Shown one piece after another: positions 59,823 to 64,000 of a stretch of 64,000 bases of DNA (positions are counted from its first letter, which is position 1; each line of letters opens with the position of its first letter). The notes below the pieces were generated by a model. The model ran no database searches. It worked only from the letters and a program-made list of their open reading frames with translations, and was not told where the DNA came from. Source of the DNA: a virus (Duplodnaviria; Caudoviricetes); IMG/VR virus record IMGVR_UViG_3300011337_000669. One strand, written 5' to 3'. The translations under genes were made by a program, and so were the position numbers.

Positions 59823-59964
59823 TTTTTCTATAATCTTTAAGTAATTGACTAACTAATGAAGATAAATTAATATGAAGCCCTCGATAATAAGTTAATAGTT
59901 CAGGGTCTAACGCCACTGATACTTTAGTTTTTTTTTCTTCTTCCGTTTTTAATTTTCGTCCCAT
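59803..59964 (-). CDS. 53-aa ribbon-helix-helix / CcdA-like protein (cassette 3)
   Basis: MGRKLKTEEEKKTKVSVALDPELLTYYRGLHINLSSLVSQLLKDYRKNGNKNL. 45/53 identical to the cassette 2 copy, with a 20-nt overlap with the HNH gene. Confidence 0.85.
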   Translation of the reverse strand: MGRKLKTEEEKKTKVSVALDPELLTYYRGLHINLSSLVSQLLKDYRKNGNKNL

Positions 59965-60015
59965 ATTAATAAATATCTACAAATATATCAAAAGTGTGGT
60001 AATTCACAATTTTAT

Positions 60016-62796
60016 TTACATAAATTTTTCCCACCCTTCTTCAGCTAAGTCATACATATAATCAGGACTTAGACCTCTTTTTTCCCAATACTTGAGTTCC
60101 AACTCAGTAATATCCAATACGTCTTCTTTTAACCTGTCTTGGTCTCCATCACTTAATGGATGACCATTAATAAGTTCACACTGAGATGTTGTGAAGATAC
60201 CTCTTTCTGATGGGTTATTAACAATTAATCCATTTCTTACCTCATCCTTGAAAACAACCATTAAAGGTTCAATTCTTTTGTTAAATGTCGCAATTGCTCT
60301 TGGAACATTATAGTCCCCTGTTAAATCAGGGTTATTGTCTAAAATATCTTTATCCAACATATAACAATTAATCATAACTCCATCCGTAATGGGTTTTGTT
60401 TTGACCCCATTAAACTCATTAAGGGCATTAATATCTTTAATTTGTTTTGGAGTCATCTTCTGAACATCACCTTGTGATGATTTAGTCCCATTATTAACAT
60501 ACATAATAACATCACCTAAACTCACATTCAAATTATTTTGTATTGCCAATTCCAAATATGCCATCCGGCTCATACTATTACCCGATTTAGTTTTGGTGTT
60601 TAATCTTTTTTTATATTCTTCAATAGTCAATTTAACCTTGGCTCTTTGGGCTATCTTACTTAACGGAATCTTTTTATCATAAATGGTTTGAAGATACTCA
60701 TAATAGTATTCAACGAATGCTTTCCCATCCCCTTGTAATAACATCTTAATCCCCTTATCTAAGAATGTCTCAATATAAATCGGAAGTTTTTTTGACTTGA
60801 TACTGTTACCTGTAAGTTTGATTTTACCCTTCGCATCCATAACCGCATAGTTCTTACGAGCCAAGTTGATACATGATGGCCAAACACCATCGGTATCCAA
60901 AGCCATTTCACCTCTCATGAATATATCGTTATACTCCGCAACATCCGCCTCAGGCCCGAAATATTCTTTACCCAACTTAACCTTCCAATTCAAACCACGT
61001 CCAACGTATTTACGATTCTTAGCATCCTCAGGTGTAGAAAAGTTCACACCGTCAGTATCCATTACCAACGGAACATATCCTTTCGACATAAAAAACTTAA
61101 TCATCTGACGAAGATATTGTCTTCCAGTGCAGGTAATCTGCTCGCCCATGTACATGTCACCCCAAGCATAAACCTGAGGGGCGGATAACGCACCGAACAT
61201 CGAGTTGATAAAAATTTTAATCGGTAATTGTTTGTTACCATAGGACTCTGACTTTTTACGATCGGTCTCATAATATTGCTCCGCCAAGTTCTTGTACTTG
61301 ATACGAGTATCTCGGAACCACTTTAACATACCTTTCATCGCGCCTGTTACGTCACAGTCAGGAAATACGTCGTGCACCAACTGAATGGAGGGGTATAGAG
61401 ACGAGAAGTCAAGCTTCAGTACGTCCTTACTATATCCCACCTTAAGTAGTCGTGAGAGACCTCCTACGAAGTCAGTCTTGGATTCCTTGGCAGGAATTGC
61501 TATGTTGTGTTTATATGACCACGCCATCATTAGCATCTTCCACAAAGTTGCCGTACCCATAGTGGATACTCTCTCATAGGTAGTCGGAATCATCGCCGCA
61601 AGTAAGAATGAACCTTGATTGAATTCTTGGTCAACTTTCAAGGTTTCGTCCAAGTCATCGTCAAGATATCTTTCAACCAAGTTGTCTCCCGTTACTTTAA
61701 GATAAACATCACTTCTACTCTCACAAATCTCATCTATCTTAGGGTCTTGTCCAACCTTACGGTAGTTTCCATTCTGTGTATTCAACCAAAACTCTTCTTT
61801 CTTGGTATAGAATGGAGCAATGTCCAAGTGGTCAATATAAACTCGGTCAGGGGCTTCAGCATTGATATACTGTGTAATATATTTCAAACCCGCAGACTTA
61901 ATACTTGAATTGATTGCTTGTGCTCTACGAACCGCATGAATAATATCAATAACATTATATCCCCAAATTGAAGTTTGAGTATATAACTCAACTTCGTTGG
62001 CAAGTTTTAACATACCTTCTTTTCTTGTGAATGAATGGTCGGGGTGTAGGGAACGACAAATCTTCTTGGGGTCAATACCCAAGATTTTACATCGTTCAAA
62101 TATCCAATGCCAGTCGAAGTTTGCTGAATTGTATCCACCAATAATGCTTGGTTTCAACTCATTAATGATACTAAAAAACTCTATGATGGCACCTCGTTCT
62201 TGAGATTCGTCAATACATTCAATTACTTTATGGTATCCTTTGTTTGTTTTAATTCCAATCATGAATATACGACCGTCTTTGGGTTCCAATGCGGTCGTTT
62301 CCAAGTCAAATACCAATCGGGTTACTTGATTATAATCCTCAAATCCTTTGAACAATCTTTTTTCTTTTGAAACAAGATATTGTTCAACAGGAGACAAAAT
62401 AATTATTTTATCTTTTGTTCTCTCACCCCACGGATCACATCCACCTTCTCTAAAAAATTGCACAAGTTCACGGTAACCTTTAAGAGATTTGACCATAAAG
62501 GTCATACCCTTTTCTAATCTTTTATTACCGTATGTTTCAAGTTTATCAATCATGATACCATGTTTGGTCATGGCTTCCTTCTGTGCGGCTTTTGAACCTC
62601 CATAGAAGTTAATATCCCGTAAGTCGCCAACCCAAGCGAATGGCGTAAAATTGTCTTTACGAATTTCTTTACCTTTGCCTGGAATTTCCTTGATCTTGAA
62701 GATAGTGTTGGAAGCGTAGTCGAACTCGATGGCGACTATAAATTCTTCGGGATCGTTTCCATGTAGGAACGATTCAATTTCTTTTTCTGTAAACAT
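60016..62796 (-). CDS. Family B DNA polymerase with 3'-5' exonuclease
   Basis: FDLETT (ExoI), GYNSANFD (ExoII), DFSSLYPS, KIFINSMFG and MDTDG motifs. Confidence 0.96.
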   Translation of the reverse strand: MFTEKEIESFLHGNDPEEFIVAIEFDYASNTIFKIKEIPGKGKEIRKDNFTPFAWVGDLRDINFYGGSKAAQKEAMTKHGIMIDKLETYGNKRLEKGMTFMVKSLKGYRELVQFFREGGCDPWGERTKDKIIILSPVEQYLVSKEKRLFKGFEDYNQVTRLVFDLETTALEPKDGRIFMIGIKTNKGYHKVIECIDESQERGAIIEFFSIINELKPSIIGGYNSANFDWHWIFERCKILGIDPKKICRSLHPDHSFTRKEGMLKLANEVELYTQTSIWGYNVIDIIHAVRRAQAINSSIKSAGLKYITQYINAEAPDRVYIDHLDIAPFYTKKEEFWLNTQNGNYRKVGQDPKIDEICESRSDVYLKVTGDNLVERYLDDDLDETLKVDQEFNQGSFLLAAMIPTTYERVSTMGTATLWKMLMMAWSYKHNIAIPAKESKTDFVGGLSRLLKVGYSKDVLKLDFSSLYPSIQLVHDVFPDCDVTGAMKGMLKWFRDTRIKYKNLAEQYYETDRKKSESYGNKQLPIKIFINSMFGALSAPQVYAWGDMYMGEQITCTGRQYLRQMIKFFMSKGYVPLVMDTDGVNFSTPEDAKNRKYVGRGLNWKVKLGKEYFGPEADVAEYNDIFMRGEMALDTDGVWPSCINLARKNYAVMDAKGKIKLTGNSIKSKKLPIYIETFLDKGIKMLLQGDGKAFVEYYYEYLQTIYDKKIPLSKIAQRAKVKLTIEEYKKRLNTKTKSGNSMSRMAYLELAIQNNLNVSLGDVIMYVNNGTKSSQGDVQKMTPKQIKDINALNEFNGVKTKPITDGVMINCYMLDKDILDNNPDLTGDYNVPRAIATFNKRIEPLMVVFKDEVRNGLIVNNPSERGIFTTSQCELINGHPLSDGDQDRLKEDVLDITELELKYWEKRGLSPDYMYDLAEEGWEKFM

Positions 62797-62860
62797 TTTT
62801 CATATACGAGTGGTTTATTGGCTTTCACACTAACGTGAAGTTTACCTTACTCATCGTCTA

Positions 62861-62891
62861 TAAATATAAAAGAAATTTGTGTCTTGTCAAA
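62861..62891 (-). promoter_or_regulatory. Bacteroidota-type promoter for DNA polymerase
   Basis: Minus strand reads TTTG-N19-TATATTTA. Confidence 0.6.
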
Positions 62892-63269
62892 TTAACAACA
62901 AGCAGTTTCGGAAATGAAACTGTCTTGGATGTTGATGTATAGTTCCTCTCGGATTGGAAGAATCAGGTTTCCTTCGTCATTCTTAATCAAGAATTGACCC
63001 TGATATCTACCAGGAGTATTTGTATCTCTTGAACTGAACTTGAAATAAATGTAGTACTCAGGTGCGGCACCTAAAGGTAGAATTAAATTAACGATTTCGC
63101 AAGGTGCTGAAACAATCTTCGGAATTCCCGTTTCCACATCAATCATGGTAAAAAATATTGTCGAGACCTCAAGGTCTTCCATGAGTTGTTGGTAACCTGA
63201 TCGTCCATCTTTTACAACTTGGAGTTTCAAAATTGGTAAGGTAGCCCCTTTTTTAATATACCATTCCAT
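62892..63269 (-). CDS. Hypothetical protein, possibly BppU-N-like baseplate domain
   Basis: IKKGATLPILKLQV...DTNTPGRYQGQF...ILP pattern, preceded by the TATTTAT box. Confidence 0.5.
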   Translation of the reverse strand: MEWYIKKGATLPILKLQVVKDGRSGYQQLMEDLEVSTIFFTMIDVETGIPKIVSAPCEIVNLILPLGAAPEYYIYFKFSSRDTNTPGRYQGQFLIKNDEGNLILPIREELYINIQDSFISETACC

Positions 63270-63350
63270 TCTTTTTCTTTATTAATAAATATATAGCACA
63301 TTTGTTTTGATAAAGTGAAACTTTTACTATCTTTCGGATATTTATAAAAT

Positions 63351-63506
63351 ATGGCAAGACCTACAAAATTAGAAGAAGACCGAAAAGTAAAATTTGGTAT
63401 CAGTTTAGACCCCGAAATTTTTAACCGAATGGTTAAAGACAAAATAAAAAAATCTACCTTAATCGAAAAATTACTGAAAGAATATTATGGAAAAAAAGAT
63501 TTGTAG
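63351..63506 (+). CDS. 51-aa ribbon-helix-helix-like protein (cassette 4)
   Basis: MARPTKLEEDRKVKFGISLDPEIFNRMVKDKIKKSTLIEKLLKEYYGKKDL, with a 20-nt overlap with the HNH gene. Confidence 0.8.
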   Translation: MARPTKLEEDRKVKFGISLDPEIFNRMVKDKIKKSTLIEKLLKEYYGKKDL

Positions 63507-64000
63507 TAAGTGTAAAATTGAGAAGGAGGTTTGTGAATTTTATAAAAAAAATAAAAACTCAAACTTATATAGGGGACAATGTAAAAAATGTACGGACATA
63601 ACTTCATCTGTATATAAGAAAAACAATGCCGAAATTATATCTGAAAAATCTAAAAAATTCAGGAAGGAAAACCCTGAAATTAACAAAGAGAAATGTAGAA
63701 TTTATAGGGAAAAAAATCCTAAATCATTCAAAAAGTGGTTAGAAAAAAATAAAGAACATAGAAGAATCTATATAAATAATTATAACCAAAATCCTAAAAA
63801 TAAAATTAAAAATTCTTTGAGGTCAAGAATAAATGAACTGATGAACAAAAAATATGACAACCCAAGAACCATTAATTTGGTCGGTTGTGATTATGATTTT
63901 TTGATAAAATATATTGAGAGCAAGTTCACTGAAAACATGTCTTGGGATAATTACGGATATTATGGTTGGCATTTAGACCACATTATACCTTTATCATCGG
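63487..64000 (+). CDS. HNH endonuclease with zinc ribbon (cassette 4), truncated by the window edge
   Basis: Absent from the ORF track. Reads MEKKICSKCK...CKKC...GCDYDFL...MSWDNYGYYGWHLDHIIPLSS. Confidence 0.85.
   Translation, partial: MEKKICSKCKIEKEVCEFYKKNKNSNLYRGQCKKCTDITSSVYKKNNAEIISEKSKKFRKENPEINKEKCRIYREKNPKSFKKWLEKNKEHRRIYINNYNQNPKNKIKNSLRSRINELMNKKYDNPRTINLVGCDYDFLIKYIESKFTENMSWDNYGYYGWHLDHIIPLSS

Noticed and set aside
1-64000. Stop-codon reassignment (alternative genetic code)
   Set aside because: Long intact ORFs tile the window under the standard code, and TAA, TAG and TGA all terminate genes
1-64000. Numerous short 60-115 aa ORFs overlapping large genes on the opposite strand or frame
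   Set aside because: They are shadow ORFs inside well-supported CDSs, with no recognisable motifs or promoter context
1-64000. tRNA, rRNA or diversity-generating retroelement
   Set aside because: Intergenic gaps are short with no cloverleaf seen, and there is no reverse transcriptase or TR/VR pair

Overview
This window is a 64-kb segment of a large, AT-rich, T4-like contractile-tailed (myovirus-type) phage genome in the standard genetic code. No capsid, portal, terminase, tRNA, rRNA or CRISPR array is visible. Most genes are on the minus strand. They comprise: collagen-like, Thr/Pro-rich and SprB-repeat fibre/adhesin genes; a baseplate block (gp7-like, gp6-like, gp25-like); a replication/nucleotide block (nrdA, nrdB, DnaB-like helicase, 5'-3' exonuclease, RecA/UvsX, gp32-like SSB); hub, LysM, tube-initiator, tape measure, chaperone, tube, sheath, tail-terminator and neck genes; an SNF2 helicase; a Mn-type SOD fused to a nuclease-like domain; and family B DNA polymerase. 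A Bacteroidota host is inferred from TTTG-N19-TAnnTTTG promoters, absent Shine-Dalgarno motifs and SprB repeats. The most notable observations are: (1) four copies of a two-gene cassette, a ~50-aa CcdA/ribbon-helix-helix-like ORF missed by the ORF track overlapping a zinc-ribbon HNH nuclease, with a conserved promoter leader and candidate operator palindromes; (2) a candidate +1/-2 frameshift in the tail chaperone; (3) the SOD::PD-(D/E)xK-like fusion; (4) a sense-strand TATTTAT motif upstream of structural operons, the reverse complement of the T4 late promoter core; (5) a shared C-terminal domain linking the baseplate wedge protein to the SprB-repeat protein. Family assignments come from motif recognition by eye; no database searches were run.
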